From positions 1 through 64,000 of the IMG/VR virus record IMGVR_UViG_3300030390_001081: a stretch of DNA of 64,000 nucleotides; one strand, 5' to 3'. The position numbers and the translations under genes are program-made. Of this stretch, positions 8,109 through 17,497 are shown in pieces. Each line of letters opens with the position of its first letter. The first letter of the stretch is position 1. The stretch comes from an uncultured virus (IMG/VR IMGVR_UViG_3300030390_001081). Taxonomy: Duplodnaviria > Heunggongvirae > Uroviricota > Caudoviricetes. Under the pieces are notes generated by a model. It was not told the DNA's origin, did not search any database, and saw only the letters and a list, made by a program, of their open reading frames with translations.

Positions 8109-9398
8109 TTAACTAGTGTGTACATTATAATTTAGTTTAGCTTGTACACCATTGTAATATGACCATATAAAAGCAGAAGCCTTTTTAATATTACCAACAA
8201 AGCCTTTCATATCATGCCATTCATCAGTTGCAGACATTGATGATAAATTTCTAACCGTTAGTCCATTTAATTCTTCAACTGCTTGCATCTTATAAGCTTT
8301 GTTAGTGTGATAATGTCCTCTATGTACCTCAACATGCTTTACTTCACTCCACAGCTCTCTATATCGTTGAGAAACTATTCCTGGTAAATCATTTAACTTA
8401 GCTCCATCGCCATGATCGTTTACAATTAAACACTTACCATAACGAAAAGCTTTCATCATAGACATAGAATTATCTACAGTTACGTTTTTATTATTTTCAT
8501 AATATATTTCTAACGCATCACCTATATGCATCATTGATTCTCTATCGTGGTTACCAGGTATTACTGCTATATGCACTGAACTTATATCTATAAGCATATT
8601 AACACACTCTATAAGTAGTTTTCTACCTGCACGATACATTTCCATATGTTTATTAGTATTAAACTGTGGTGTTCCCTTTGTTGTACTTGGTATAGGCCAG
8701 TCACCATCTGAGTTTAAAAAATCATTACCTACTACAAAAAGTATTTTATCTATATAAAAACCACTAGATCTTTTAATTAAATGTTCTAAAGCATTTAACA
8801 TTCTGTGTCTTGCTATTTCTAAACTATAATCATCACCAGATATTCCTATCTTACCTATATGTAAGTCACAAGCATTTATTTCTAATAAATGTGAGTCATC
8901 TTCTATAAAGCTTGAAGGTCTTATTGCTATGCTAGGTACAGAATCAAAAAGAGGAACCAAGTCTTTAACCAGTTCCTCTCTAATTTTTTTTATATTCATT
9001 GTTGGATCAACACGTTTTAGCCAAGCCTTTGTTCTATACATTGGTATAGTTATTGGTCTTTTAGCTTTATCAAAACCTGTTACTTCATATGTACCTATAT
9101 CGTATTTATCTACTTCCCAAGTATTTAAATCTACATTACAAGACTTTAATAAATCTTTTAACGATTTAACCCTTTTACTATCTTCACAAGTAGCTGTAGC
9201 AATATTTTTATCTTCATGAAATGTTGTTTTTTCTTTGTCGTGTTGTGGATTGATTTTATTTCTTAATCTTCTTGCTATTCCTCTTACAGCCTCGTAGTTA
9301 CTATTGAAAAGCTCTGCTGTTTGATGGTAATCTTTATTTAATTTTTCAGGATTTGCAATTAAATAATCTTTCAGTTTATGTAATTCGATCTTTTTCAT
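8109..9398 (-). CDS. Calcineurin-like metallophosphoesterase with N-terminal extension
   Basis: DLHIG, GNDFL, PGNHD, DHGD and GHYH motifs; ATG at 9398 likely start. Confidence 0.8.
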   Translation of the reverse strand: MKKIELHKLKDYLIANPEKLNKDYHQTAELFNSNYEAVRGIARRLRNKINPQHDKEKTTFHEDKNIATATCEDSKRVKSLKDLLKSCNVDLNTWEVDKYDIGTYEVTGFDKAKRPITIPMYRTKAWLKRVDPTMNIKKIREELVKDLVPLFDSVPSIAIRPSSFIEDDSHLLEINACDLHIGKIGISGDDYSLEIARHRMLNALEHLIKRSSGFYIDKILFVVGNDFLNSDGDWPIPSTTKGTPQFNTNKHMEMYRAGRKLLIECVNMLIDISSVHIAVIPGNHDRESMMHIGDALEIYYENNKNVTVDNSMSMMKAFRYGKCLIVNDHGDGAKLNDLPGIVSQRYRELWSEVKHVEVHRGHYHTNKAYKMQAVEELNGLTVRNLSSMSATDEWHDMKGFVGNIKKASAFIWSYYNGVQAKLNYNVHTS

Positions 9399-9603
9399 AT
9401 GGTGGTCCAAAGTCGTGTTGTGATTTTACAACGACCTTAACAGGCTTGAAAGTATGATTTTTTCTCCAAGTTTTTCGTTTGCTCATAGCAATATTTACTA
9501 ACAATGGATTGTTTATAACGTCAGCACCTCTATAAAATTTGATTAATACATCCCTAATAACAATTTTAGATTTGTTTTTATCTTGTAAATGCCAGTCAGT
9601 CAT
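9376..9603 (-). CDS. Hypothetical protein
   Basis: ORF in the minus-strand gene run. Confidence 0.5.
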   Translation of the reverse strand: MTDWHLQDKNKSKIVIRDVLIKFYRGADVINNPLLVNIAMSKRKTWRKNHTFKPVKVVVKSQHDFGPPYEKDRIT

Positions 9604-9767
9604 TCAGATTGGAACCTTTTCTTTATTTAACTTGGCCATATTACTATTAATTTAAAGTTATTCATTATTTTTTTGGTAGTTTGTAAGGTGGCTTATTGTA
9701 TTCTGCAATTAATGCTGAATCTATTTGTTTTATAAGAGCCACATAATATCTTCTTAATTTTTGCAAT

Positions 9768-9956
9768 CTATCTTTTCTTCTCATTGTTATTAATTTGTTT
9801 TAATAATTTTTTAGCCTTTGTTCCATACCTATCTCTAACTCTATTTTTTTCATAAGTATTTAAAGAGTCAGATTTAAAACCAAAATACAACTGAAACAAA
9901 TCATAAGGTTTAAAGTTTGTATTGTCTTTAATTATTTTATCTTTTGGATGATTCAT
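9768..9956 (-). CDS. Hypothetical protein
   Basis: ORF in the minus-strand gene run. Confidence 0.5.
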   Translation of the reverse strand: MNHPKDKIIKDNTNFKPYDLFQLYFGFKSDSLNTYEKNRVRDRYGTKAKKLLKQINNNEKKR

Positions 9957-10141
9957 ATTGTTTTAAAAGTATGCATAGTTATTACCCAGGGATTGCTCCC
10001 CAGGCTTTAACTCCCAAATTGAACTAATTTTAAAAACGATAACTGAAAAAAAGTTTCTCATAATAAAATTATGTTCATGCTATCAAACCGATGATAACAT
10101 TAAGAACTTCTGAAGTTGAAGTGATTCAGTCACTTTTTTTA

Positions 10142-10333
10142 TTATTTTAATTCTTGAGGAGTTTTATATTCTTTCATAATTGTTTTTCCTTTAAACACAT
10201 CTTTAGGTGGGTTCATACCAAATTGTATTTGAAAACCTATGTCTGTATTTATAATTTTTGGCAGTACAATTTTTTTGCTATCCAAATCTCCTGACTTGTT
10301 ATAAGAAATTACTTTTTGTATTTCTACACCCAT
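10142..10333 (-). CDS. Hypothetical protein
   Basis: Coupled to the upstream ORF. Confidence 0.5.
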   Translation of the reverse strand: MGVEIQKVISYNKSGDLDSKKIVLPKIINTDIGFQIQFGMNPPKDVFKGKTIMKEYKTPQELK

Positions 10334-10545
10334 TAGTTTAAATTGTTTTTCTTGTTATATAAATTATATAATTCTGATTCTAAATCATCGTATTCATCAT
10401 CATCGTATACAAAAATTAACCTTGGTATTTCATCACCATTTAGCCAATCATTACAAGTGTTATACATTTTTTGAACTAATATTGATTCTGGATCAGAAGA
10501 TTTTTTCTCCTTTGACGTTAGCTCTACCTCTAAAATTAACTTCAT
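10333..10545 (-). CDS. Hypothetical protein
   Basis: ORF in the minus-strand gene run. Confidence 0.5.
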   Translation of the reverse strand: MKLILEVELTSKEKKSSDPESILVQKMYNTCNDWLNGDEIPRLIFVYDDDEYDDLESELYNLYNKKNNLN

Positions 10546-10843
10546 AATTTTCTTTTTTAATCGCTACTTTCAAAAGTACTAAATATCCAATTAAGTCATC
10601 AACAGTATCATAAGTATTTATGTTCAAACCTTTGTTAGCAACTCGCATAAGCTTGTCATCTATTCTAGCGCAAAGGTTTTCTGTAGCTGTTCCTTTAGCA
10701 AAGATATTTGCAGGATTTAATGCACTATCTCCATAATCTAAGTTTTTATTGATTAGTAATTCTTTAATAGAATCACATGTTTTTCTTATTTCCAGCCTCA
10801 TGTCGGCATTTTCTTTATTTACTTCTTGTCCCATATTATTCAT
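10493..10843 (-). CDS. DUF1599-like nucleotide-modification-associated domain protein
   Basis: KNLDYGDS...RIDDKLMR...DDLIGYL motif. Confidence 0.65.
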   Translation of the reverse strand: MNNMGQEVNKENADMRLEIRKTCDSIKELLINKNLDYGDSALNPANIFAKGTATENLCARIDDKLMRVANKGLNINTYDTVDDLIGYLVLLKVAIKKENYEVNFRGRANVKGEKIF

Positions 10844-11232
10844 TAGTCTAATTTAGATTTTAAATGATTTATTATTTCATTCATTTTTCTTTTGTAAAAC
10901 AATTCAAACTCTACGTATTCTAAGTTACCATTTTCATTTGTTTGTTTAGGAGATTGTTGCTCCCACAATCTATACATTACTGCACGCATTCTTTGTGCTG
11001 GTGTTTTAGTTTCAAACTCCATGTCAATACTTGCAGATTCCACTGCTTCTATTTGTTGCTCTGTAATTGGTGCAGAGGACAGCACAACAAAACCAGGCTG
11101 TTTTAATACGCTGTATAAATTACCTACTGTTTCTGGTGCTAATTCTGGAGTTCCTAATGAAACTCTTAAACTGTTGTCTGCTAATGTGCGAATGTTATCA
11201 ACTCCGCCTTCAAATACTATTGTCTTTCTCAT
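10843..11232 (-). CDS. Conserved phage hypothetical protein
   Basis: KTPAQRMRAVMYRLWEQ...FY...M..II.HLK pattern. Confidence 0.6.
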   Translation of the reverse strand: MRKTIVFEGGVDNIRTLADNSLRVSLGTPELAPETVGNLYSVLKQPGFVVLSSAPITEQQIEAVESASIDMEFETKTPAQRMRAVMYRLWEQQSPKQTNENGNLEYVEFELFYKRKMNEIINHLKSKLD

Positions 11233-11482
11233 ACTCTTCTATAATTAATTGTTTTAATTCTATTATTATATCCATTATTTTGTCATAGATAACATCTACG
11301 TCATCATCATGGTTACCATTATTTATAATTTCATCATCATAAATTTTAGCTATTTTAATAAGTCTATTAAATTTTTGTTTTGCTCGTTTAGAATTTTTCC
11401 CTTTTAAATTATATAATTGTTCATTAAAACACCTAAACATAGCTATACACAAAACTAAATCTATGTTATCTTCATTTTTCAT
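11210..11482 (-). CDS. Hypothetical protein
   Basis: Overlapping start/stop with neighbours. Confidence 0.55.
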   Translation of the reverse strand: MKNEDNIDLVLCIAMFRCFNEQLYNLKGKNSKRAKQKFNRLIKIAKIYDDEIINNGNHDDDVDVIYDKIMDIIIELKQLIIEEYEKDNSI

Positions 11483-11730
11483 AATGTTTGTAATTTAATT
11501 CTTTTCATAAATTGATCTCTAGGGTCACGAGGGACATGATCGAACCATAACTTGCTTATAAGCTCTTGTGCTTCTTGCTTAGTTTCTGGTAAGTTTCTGA
11601 ATATCCATTCACTAACGTGTGGATCATAAGGGCATAATTCTAATAATGATTCTATTTTATCTTCTTGCCACCATTGTATTGAGTCTACAATTGGTTCTTT
11701 TTGATTATTAAATATTTCGTCTAATTCCAT
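11479..11730 (-). CDS. Hypothetical protein
   Basis: ORF downstream of a structured leader. Confidence 0.55.
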   Translation of the reverse strand: MELDEIFNNQKEPIVDSIQWWQEDKIESLLELCPYDPHVSEWIFRNLPETKQEAQELISKLWFDHVPRDPRDQFMKRIKLQTL

Positions 11731-11837
11731 TTTATTAGTATATGTTATACCCAGAGTTAGGATTAACTAACCCTGGGAACAACCAATCAAATAAAACAAT
11801 GAAAACCTGGACAGGAAGTCCAGTAAGAAAGATATTG

Positions 11838-11845
11838 CAAAGTTA
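11838..11845 (-). promoter_or_regulatory. Bacteroidota -7 element TAACTTTG
   Basis: caaagtta on the plus strand, intergenic. Confidence 0.55.
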
Positions 11846-12154
11846 CTAATTAACTTCGCTATTCTCCAAGTTTTCTTTGTCGTGTTTTTTAAAGTCTTCC
11901 ATTCTTTCGTCAAACTTCTGTATGTTTTCTTTTGTCCATCTACCTAACTCTTTTGAAAAGTCTGTAGCTGTGTCTTCATCGTATTCTTTAAAATACCATA
12001 ATGACAGTAAATGTTCGAAGTATTGTATAGATGATCGTTGGTCGTCTAAAAGTCTTTTAACCAGTACAGGTATATTTACTTTTGCTCCATCAACTTGTAT
12101 TTCAACATTACCTGATTCAAGTTTTTCTACTTTTGGTGTTTTTCTTTTTGCCAT
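11846..12154 (-). CDS. Hypothetical protein
   Basis: ORF in the minus-strand gene run. Confidence 0.55.
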   Translation of the reverse strand: MAKRKTPKVEKLESGNVEIQVDGAKVNIPVLVKRLLDDQRSSIQYFEHLLSLWYFKEYDEDTATDFSKELGRWTKENIQKFDERMEDFKKHDKENLENSEVN

Positions 12155-12155
12155 G

Positions 12156-12662
12156 TTATTCGTTAATTAAGTGTTCTAGTTTGTTAATTTTGTTTTTAAG
12201 TTCGTTGTTTTCCGCCCTTAACTTATCGATTATTATTATGCTAGTTTTTCTATCCATGTATTCTTGTACATGTTCTTCTTGCATTTCTTCAATTACTTCT
12301 AAATCTATTACAGCAGTAAAACTTACTTCTAATAAATCATACATGTTTTTATAGTCTTGATAATATGCATAATCTCCATCATGATGTTTCATATAATAAA
12401 GACAAGATGTTCTGTCTCTATTTATAAATTTAGCTATGGTTTCAGGATGCATACCATACTTACCCCAAAATATATTACATATTGATTTTCTTAAAAGTAC
12501 AAGATCTGCTGTTTTCTTTTTAGATAAAATTACTTTTTTATTTATACCAAGCAAAGCATTACATACATCAAATATTTTATCTGAATATATGTCTATTACC
12601 CTTTGGCTCCATGTTTTATTATTCCTTATAAAAGGAAAGGTATGGACAGGTGGCTGTATCAT
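12156..12662 (-). CDS. DnaA domain IV-like (C-terminal HTH) protein with coiled coil
   Basis: ILSKKKTADLVLLR...IAKFINRDRTSCLY resembles the DnaA_C pattern SKKR...R...IG..F.RDHTTV. Confidence 0.6.
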   Translation of the reverse strand: MIQPPVHTFPFIRNNKTWSQRVIDIYSDKIFDVCNALLGINKKVILSKKKTADLVLLRKSICNIFWGKYGMHPETIAKFINRDRTSCLYYMKHHDGDYAYYQDYKNMYDLLEVSFTAVIDLEVIEEMQEEHVQEYMDRKTSIIIIDKLRAENNELKNKINKLEHLINE

Positions 12663-13021
12663 ATAATTGTAATATATACTCCTGGCTTTTCTTTATCATA
12701 TTCATATTGTTCAAACACTGGTATTATAAACTCAGCATTATCATCTTCTATCCATCCATTTTTTACCATAAGGTCTTGCACTGTTTGTGCTGGATTTATA
12801 TAGTCGAACTTGTGTTTTGACTTTCTTATAAATTTGAATGATATTTTCACAGGATATTCGTGTTGTTTTAATTCTTTTTTGAATTGATTTTTATACTCAA
12901 GGTAATACCCCTTAGACTCTTTAATATAATTCATTACTGTCTTACTATTAATAAGCATTTTTCCAGTCCATCTTTTAGAATTTTTGGAACTTGGGACATT
13001 ACCTGGTATAAAAATTTTCAT
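12659..13021 (-). CDS. RusA-like Holliday junction resolvase
   Basis: IPGNVPSSKN, DYIN...VQDLM, WIEDDN, KPGVYI motifs. Confidence 0.7.
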   Translation of the reverse strand: MKIFIPGNVPSSKNSKRWTGKMLINSKTVMNYIKESKGYYLEYKNQFKKELKQHEYPVKISFKFIRKSKHKFDYINPAQTVQDLMVKNGWIEDDNAEFIIPVFEQYEYDKEKPGVYITII

Positions 13022-13025
13022 GCAT

Positions 13026-13033
13026 CAAATATA
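13026..13033 (-). promoter_or_regulatory. Bacteroidota -7 element TATATTTG, 4 nt before the ATG
   Basis: caaatata on the plus strand. Confidence 0.55.
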
Positions 13034-13040
13034 CAATTTT

Positions 13041-13661
13041 TTAGAATGGTAAATCTTCTCCATTATTCGTTTCATAAACCACACCATTATCATTAGTAGA
13101 TTTATTAGACGCTTCAGACCAAACTTTATGCAACTCTTGAAAGTCTTTATGTTGATCAGGCGTAAGTTGTTTATTGTATTTAGCATCGTAATTTATAGTC
13201 TGTCCCATCTTTTTACTAAACTTATATTTTAGTGATGTTCTAACCGTAGGCTCATTAGTCTCTCTATCTGTTCCTATGTACTCTTCTGTACAAAATACAC
13301 ATTGCACTCTTTTACCTGTTGATTCTTTCATAGAATCTTCTATGTTGGAAAAATCAGTTACACCAGCATTAACTAAAAATTCTTTTAATAATTTACGTTT
13401 GAAATCAGCAGATTCAGGTTTATCACTATCTTTTGGTTGATAAAATCTAGGTGTAATTTTTCTACCATCTTCTGTAAATACAGAAAACTCTATGTATGGT
13501 GTACCACCTTTCCAATTAGGATTATCATCTTGTGTTTGTATACCATTAATTGTACAAATGTAAGAACCAGGTGTTTTTAACCACTCTACTTTTTTGTATT
13601 CTTTTTTGTTATTGTTGTTTTTACCGTTTGAAGTTTCTACTTCGTTTAAATTCCAATTCAT
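13041..13661 (-). CDS. Putative ssDNA-binding protein
   Basis: PGSYICTI OB-like start; acidic tail ending EDLPF; close to the Sak gene. Confidence 0.6.
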   Translation of the reverse strand: MNWNLNEVETSNGKNNNNKKEYKKVEWLKTPGSYICTINGIQTQDDNPNWKGGTPYIEFSVFTEDGRKITPRFYQPKDSDKPESADFKRKLLKEFLVNAGVTDFSNIEDSMKESTGKRVQCVFCTEEYIGTDRETNEPTVRTSLKYKFSKKMGQTINYDAKYNKQLTPDQHKDFQELHKVWSEASNKSTNDNGVVYETNNGEDLPF

Positions 13662-13664
13662 AAT

Positions 13665-13886
13665 TTATTTATTTAAGTTTGATTTGATTCTGTGATTGTG
13701 TTCTGATATTGTAAACCATATTTGACTATATATAATATCGTCTATATCTGATTGTGAGTTTATAGATAGTCTATCTCTTAGATAGTCCATTATCTTGTTT
13801 GTAAGCTCATCAGTATACTCAGTGTTAGTGAAGTTATAGGTAGCTTCTAAAGCTGCTAATTCTTCTTGAATTCCTCTATTTGTCAT
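13665..13886 (-). CDS. Hypothetical protein
   Basis: ORF between Sak and SSB-like genes. Confidence 0.5.
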   Translation of the reverse strand: MTNRGIQEELAALEATYNFTNTEYTDELTNKIMDYLRDRLSINSQSDIDDIIYSQIWFTISEHNHRIKSNLNK

Positions 13887-14352
13887 TTTTTACTTTCCAA
13901 TTTATGTAGTTAGTTAAAACTGTCCCATCAAAGATTATTTTATCTTTTTCTTTAGCATAAGGATATTCTTTACCCTTGTATTCTTTAGTAGGTATCTGTT
14001 GTATATCTAATCTATATAAGAATCTACCTATACCCCAAGATACACATGCACGTTTAAATGCGTCAGATGCATGTCCTTTGTTTTTTTCTACATTAGATTC
14101 AGATCCTGTGTCTGATTTCCATACCCAATGTCCATCTACAAATATTCCTACTTTACACATAAGCAATCCACAAGCTTCATAATACTCAGTTGCCCAGTTA
14201 CCTGGTCCTATTACATCATCTAACAAATCTTGTGCATCACGTGCATCTATATATGCTACGCAACTTGCTTTACCATAACGTGCAGATTGTACACGCCATT
14301 TATATGGTAATTCTTTTTGTAAATCTTTTAAATTAACCTTCTCTTGTTTCAT
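13876..14352 (-). CDS. Sak/Rad52-family single-strand annealing protein
   Basis: WRVQS, AYIDAR, KSDTG, KGHASDAFKRACVSWGIGRFLY. Confidence 0.85.
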   Translation of the reverse strand: MKQEKVNLKDLQKELPYKWRVQSARYGKASCVAYIDARDAQDLLDDVIGPGNWATEYYEACGLLMCKVGIFVDGHWVWKSDTGSESNVEKNKGHASDAFKRACVSWGIGRFLYRLDIQQIPTKEYKGKEYPYAKEKDKIIFDGTVLTNYINWKVKNDK

Positions 14353-14566
14353 AATCTTTATAATCTTTTTTGATTGATTTTGCTGCTCTTGTGGCTACTA
14401 CTATTTTTATAAAGCCACGTATCATTACAGGAGCATTTTTTGTAATAAGATGTACACCTATTTGAATAAATAGTTCTTTAATAGCATCTTTAACGACAGA
14501 TGGTTTCTCACCTGTGTCATACGCTACCTCTTCGTAAATTTGTTGTAGTTTAGTTTTAGTTTTCAT
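14333..14566 (-). CDS. HU/IHF-like DNA-binding protein
   Basis: EVAYDTG...VVKDAIKELF...VMIRGFIKI. Confidence 0.6.
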   Translation of the reverse strand: MKTKTKLQQIYEEVAYDTGEKPSVVKDAIKELFIQIGVHLITKNAPVMIRGFIKIVVATRAAKSIKKDYKDYETREG

Positions 14567-14584
14567 TGTTTTCTAAACGATGTA

Positions 14585-14592
14585 CAAATATA
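14585..14592 (-). promoter_or_regulatory. Bacteroidota -7 element TATATTTG
   Basis: caaatata on the plus strand, upstream of the HU-like gene. Confidence 0.55.
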
Positions 14593-14603
14593 GTTAATAA
14601 TTG

Positions 14604-14753
14604 TTAATTATCAAAAGTATTTAACAATTTAATTGTTAAGTAACCAATAACGCCTATAATTGTAATAGGTAATATTATTAACTTTATAAACAGTGCAATA
14701 AAGAGTGCGAGCACTGTGAATATACCGTATTTAAAACCCTTCGCTTGACTCAT
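14604..14753 (-). CDS. 49-aa hydrophobic membrane peptide (not in ORF track)
   Basis: MSQAKGFKYGIFTVLALFIALFIKLIILPITIIGVIGYLTIKLLNTFDN; overlaps the helicase 3' end. Confidence 0.5.
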   Translation of the reverse strand: MSQAKGFKYGIFTVLALFIALFIKLIILPITIIGVIGYLTIKLLNTFDN

Positions 14754-16023
14754 AGTCTTCGAATTTAGTAAGATTAGCTATGAACTTTAGGTTGATTTCA
14801 CCAACACCAATGTTCCTACCTTTTGCAAATATAATTTTAGCTAGTCCACTTGTAGGATTACCGCTTTCATCTTCATGCAGACCATAATATTCGGGCCTGT
14901 ATATAAGAGCAACTATATCTGCTGCTTGTTCTATTTCGCCTGACTCACGCAGATCGGCCATAGTAGGCTTTGAGTTATGTCGCATACCAACACCACGATT
15001 AAGCTGTGATAAAGCTATTACTGCAACATTAAGTTCTTTTGCTATGTTCTTTAAAGCTCTAGCAACTTTACTTACTTCTTGTTCTCTAGAACCACCAGAA
15101 GCAGACACTAATTGTAAGTAGTCAACAAGTATAAGCTCTACTTTATTTGTTATAGCGTATTGTTTAATTTTAGATAATAGATATGATAGGCTTGTTTGAT
15201 TACAGTCGTCAATGATGATAGGGAGATTTTCTATTTTAGTTACTGATTTATTAATTTTCTCCATTTCTTTTTCATCAAGAGCTCCTTTGCGTATCCAATG
15301 GCTATGTACACCAGAGTCTAAACTTACCATTCTTTGTATAAGTTGTAGACTTGACATCTCGTAACTAAATATTGCAATACCTTTATTTGCAAGTGCAGAA
15401 TTAAACGCTGTTGTTACTGCAAAACTTGTTTTACCCATTGATGATGCGCCACCGATTATAACTAAATCTGTTTTTTGCCATCCATTAGTAAAATCATCTA
15501 ACGATTTAAATCCTGTTGTAATACCAGATATACCATCTGCACTACGTCTTTTTGCTAAATCATCTGTAAAGTCTACTAACTGCGTAAGTAATGATTGTTG
15601 TTTGTCATCGTTAGGATTATTAATTTTATTTTGAAGAGCATCAACCTTGTCTTTAATCTTATCAATCGAATCACTATTTTGTAAACTATTATTAATTTCT
15701 ATTATACTACTTGCTAAAAGTTTTCTTTGAGATGTTTCGTATAATTGCGTTATCCCTGTTTGGAACTCATTGTGCATTAACAGTGGTTGATTAACAAGAT
15801 TAACAAGACTTTGGTTGATTTGTTTCTTATTACCTATTTCTTTATTAAGAGATAAAATATCTGGATTAATACCTTTATCTACCAGCTTAACAAAAGCTTT
15901 GTATATAAATACATTATTAATGTCTTCAAACATTAATGAATTGAACGTTTGTGCATGTTCAAAATACTTTTTTGAATCTTGGACAATATTTCCAAGTATC
16001 ATATTTTCTACTTCATAAAACAT
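14731..16023 (-). CDS. dnaB: Replicative DNA helicase, DnaB family
   Basis: GASSMGKT Walker A, FSYEMS, VDYLQL, LSQLNR, DLRESGEIEQAAD, AKGRN. Confidence 0.95.
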   Translation of the reverse strand: MFYEVENMILGNIVQDSKKYFEHAQTFNSLMFEDINNVFIYKAFVKLVDKGINPDILSLNKEIGNKKQINQSLVNLVNQPLLMHNEFQTGITQLYETSQRKLLASSIIEINNSLQNSDSIDKIKDKVDALQNKINNPNDDKQQSLLTQLVDFTDDLAKRRSADGISGITTGFKSLDDFTNGWQKTDLVIIGGASSMGKTSFAVTTAFNSALANKGIAIFSYEMSSLQLIQRMVSLDSGVHSHWIRKGALDEKEMEKINKSVTKIENLPIIIDDCNQTSLSYLLSKIKQYAITNKVELILVDYLQLVSASGGSREQEVSKVARALKNIAKELNVAVIALSQLNRGVGMRHNSKPTMADLRESGEIEQAADIVALIYRPEYYGLHEDESGNPTSGLAKIIFAKGRNIGVGEINLKFIANLTKFEDYESSEGF

Positions 16024-16046
16024 ATTTATTTAATTGGTTTGCTAAT

Positions 16047-17495
16047 TTATGAATTTATTCTTTTTGATCTTATTAATTCTTGTAAATCATAAGATCTTGA
16101 TTCATTATTTCTATCACGCTGTAAGTGTCCACTAGTGCTTTGACATTTAAAATGTCCACCCATTGTTTTGTGCGTAACAAAACTTCCTGCTATATGGTCA
16201 TAAAATTTAAATGTGTCAAGCCATGGTAGATATTGATACTCTTCATCAGGTATTTCTATCCTATCTTGATGATTAAGAGTAAAATTGTTTGCTATTATAT
16301 TAAGTCTTTCTTTTATATCTTTAGGAGTTTCAATATAACACGCACCAATACCACCTTTACCATTAGGCTGTATAAGTGTATTGTTAGTGTATGAATTAAG
16401 TTTTTTCCTAATTACATGATTTTCTACGGCCCACCTGTGAAACAATACCTCATAGCTATTTCTAACAGAATAAACTCTGTCCATTACTTTGAAAGAATCT
16501 TTACGTCTACGATTGTAGCATTTTTGCCATAGTATTGCCCTACCTAAAATAAGATTGTCAGAATTAAGTAAAACTAATATTTTTACAGATTCTCCCATTT
16601 GTGCATAAAATTTTACTTTCTTTTTGTCAGAGTCACTACGCATACATGAATGTCCAAGTGTACCACAGTCTTCAGCATAGCTTGACCAATGATATGCTTC
16701 AGGTATGCTTTCTGCATCCCATACTTCAAACCTATTAGCATTAGGCCCATTAAACAATAGGCTATCTTCGAACATATTACGCTCACTAGTACTCCAGGGA
16801 TGAGAATATCTTGATCTAATTAACTTTTCTAATGCCCTACCAAAAGTAGCAATTACACCTTTTGATTCACGTAAAGCTTCAGACTTCATATTTTCTGCAA
16901 TAGAAATACTTTTGTCAAAATGATCAGAATAACCATTAGCTTGTTGTTTTAACATTTCATACAATTTATTAACTGTAAAAAATCCAACTCTAGTAGCATC
17001 GCTAATACCTGCTGATAATGATACTGGCCATTCTAAGACATCTTCACTAAAAGCTTGGTCATCAAGGACACCATTATGATAGTTACGTAAAAATGTATGT
17101 AAATTACATTGTGGTAATGTATCAAACAATTTACTTAGTTTTGGATCAATCCTAAATAAACTTTTTACATTGTGTAATTCTAAAAAACCGTATGGTATTT
17201 CATAATCTTTCATTGTTCTTAAGTCGAACATATCAAAAGGTAAATACTCATTTTCTTTTGTATACCATCGATGCCAATCTGAGTTGATTCTTTGTCTCAT
17301 GTCAGTTAAATCCCAACATGGAGAAACTCTATATCCATCAAACATATGTTCTTGAATAATTGCAAATTCTTGATTAAGAGCTGCATACGACCAGATTAAA
17401 TCTGATAAATGTTTACTTTTGTTTTTTCCATTTGCTTCGAGATATTCAAATATCTCTTCTTCAGTATTAAACTTTTTTAACTTTATCTTTTTCAT
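16047..17495 (-). CDS. Phage protein with SCMR / GRAILW / MDRVY motifs
   Basis: Motif set recalled from phage proteins of unknown function. Confidence 0.55.
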   Translation of the reverse strand: MKKIKLKKFNTEEEIFEYLEANGKNKSKHLSDLIWSYAALNQEFAIIQEHMFDGYRVSPCWDLTDMRQRINSDWHRWYTKENEYLPFDMFDLRTMKDYEIPYGFLELHNVKSLFRIDPKLSKLFDTLPQCNLHTFLRNYHNGVLDDQAFSEDVLEWPVSLSAGISDATRVGFFTVNKLYEMLKQQANGYSDHFDKSISIAENMKSEALRESKGVIATFGRALEKLIRSRYSHPWSTSERNMFEDSLLFNGPNANRFEVWDAESIPEAYHWSSYAEDCGTLGHSCMRSDSDKKKVKFYAQMGESVKILVLLNSDNLILGRAILWQKCYNRRRKDSFKVMDRVYSVRNSYEVLFHRWAVENHVIRKKLNSYTNNTLIQPNGKGGIGACYIETPKDIKERLNIIANNFTLNHQDRIEIPDEEYQYLPWLDTFKFYDHIAGSFVTHKTMGGHFKCQSTSGHLQRDRNNESRSYDLQELIRSKRINS

Positions 17496-17497
17496 AA

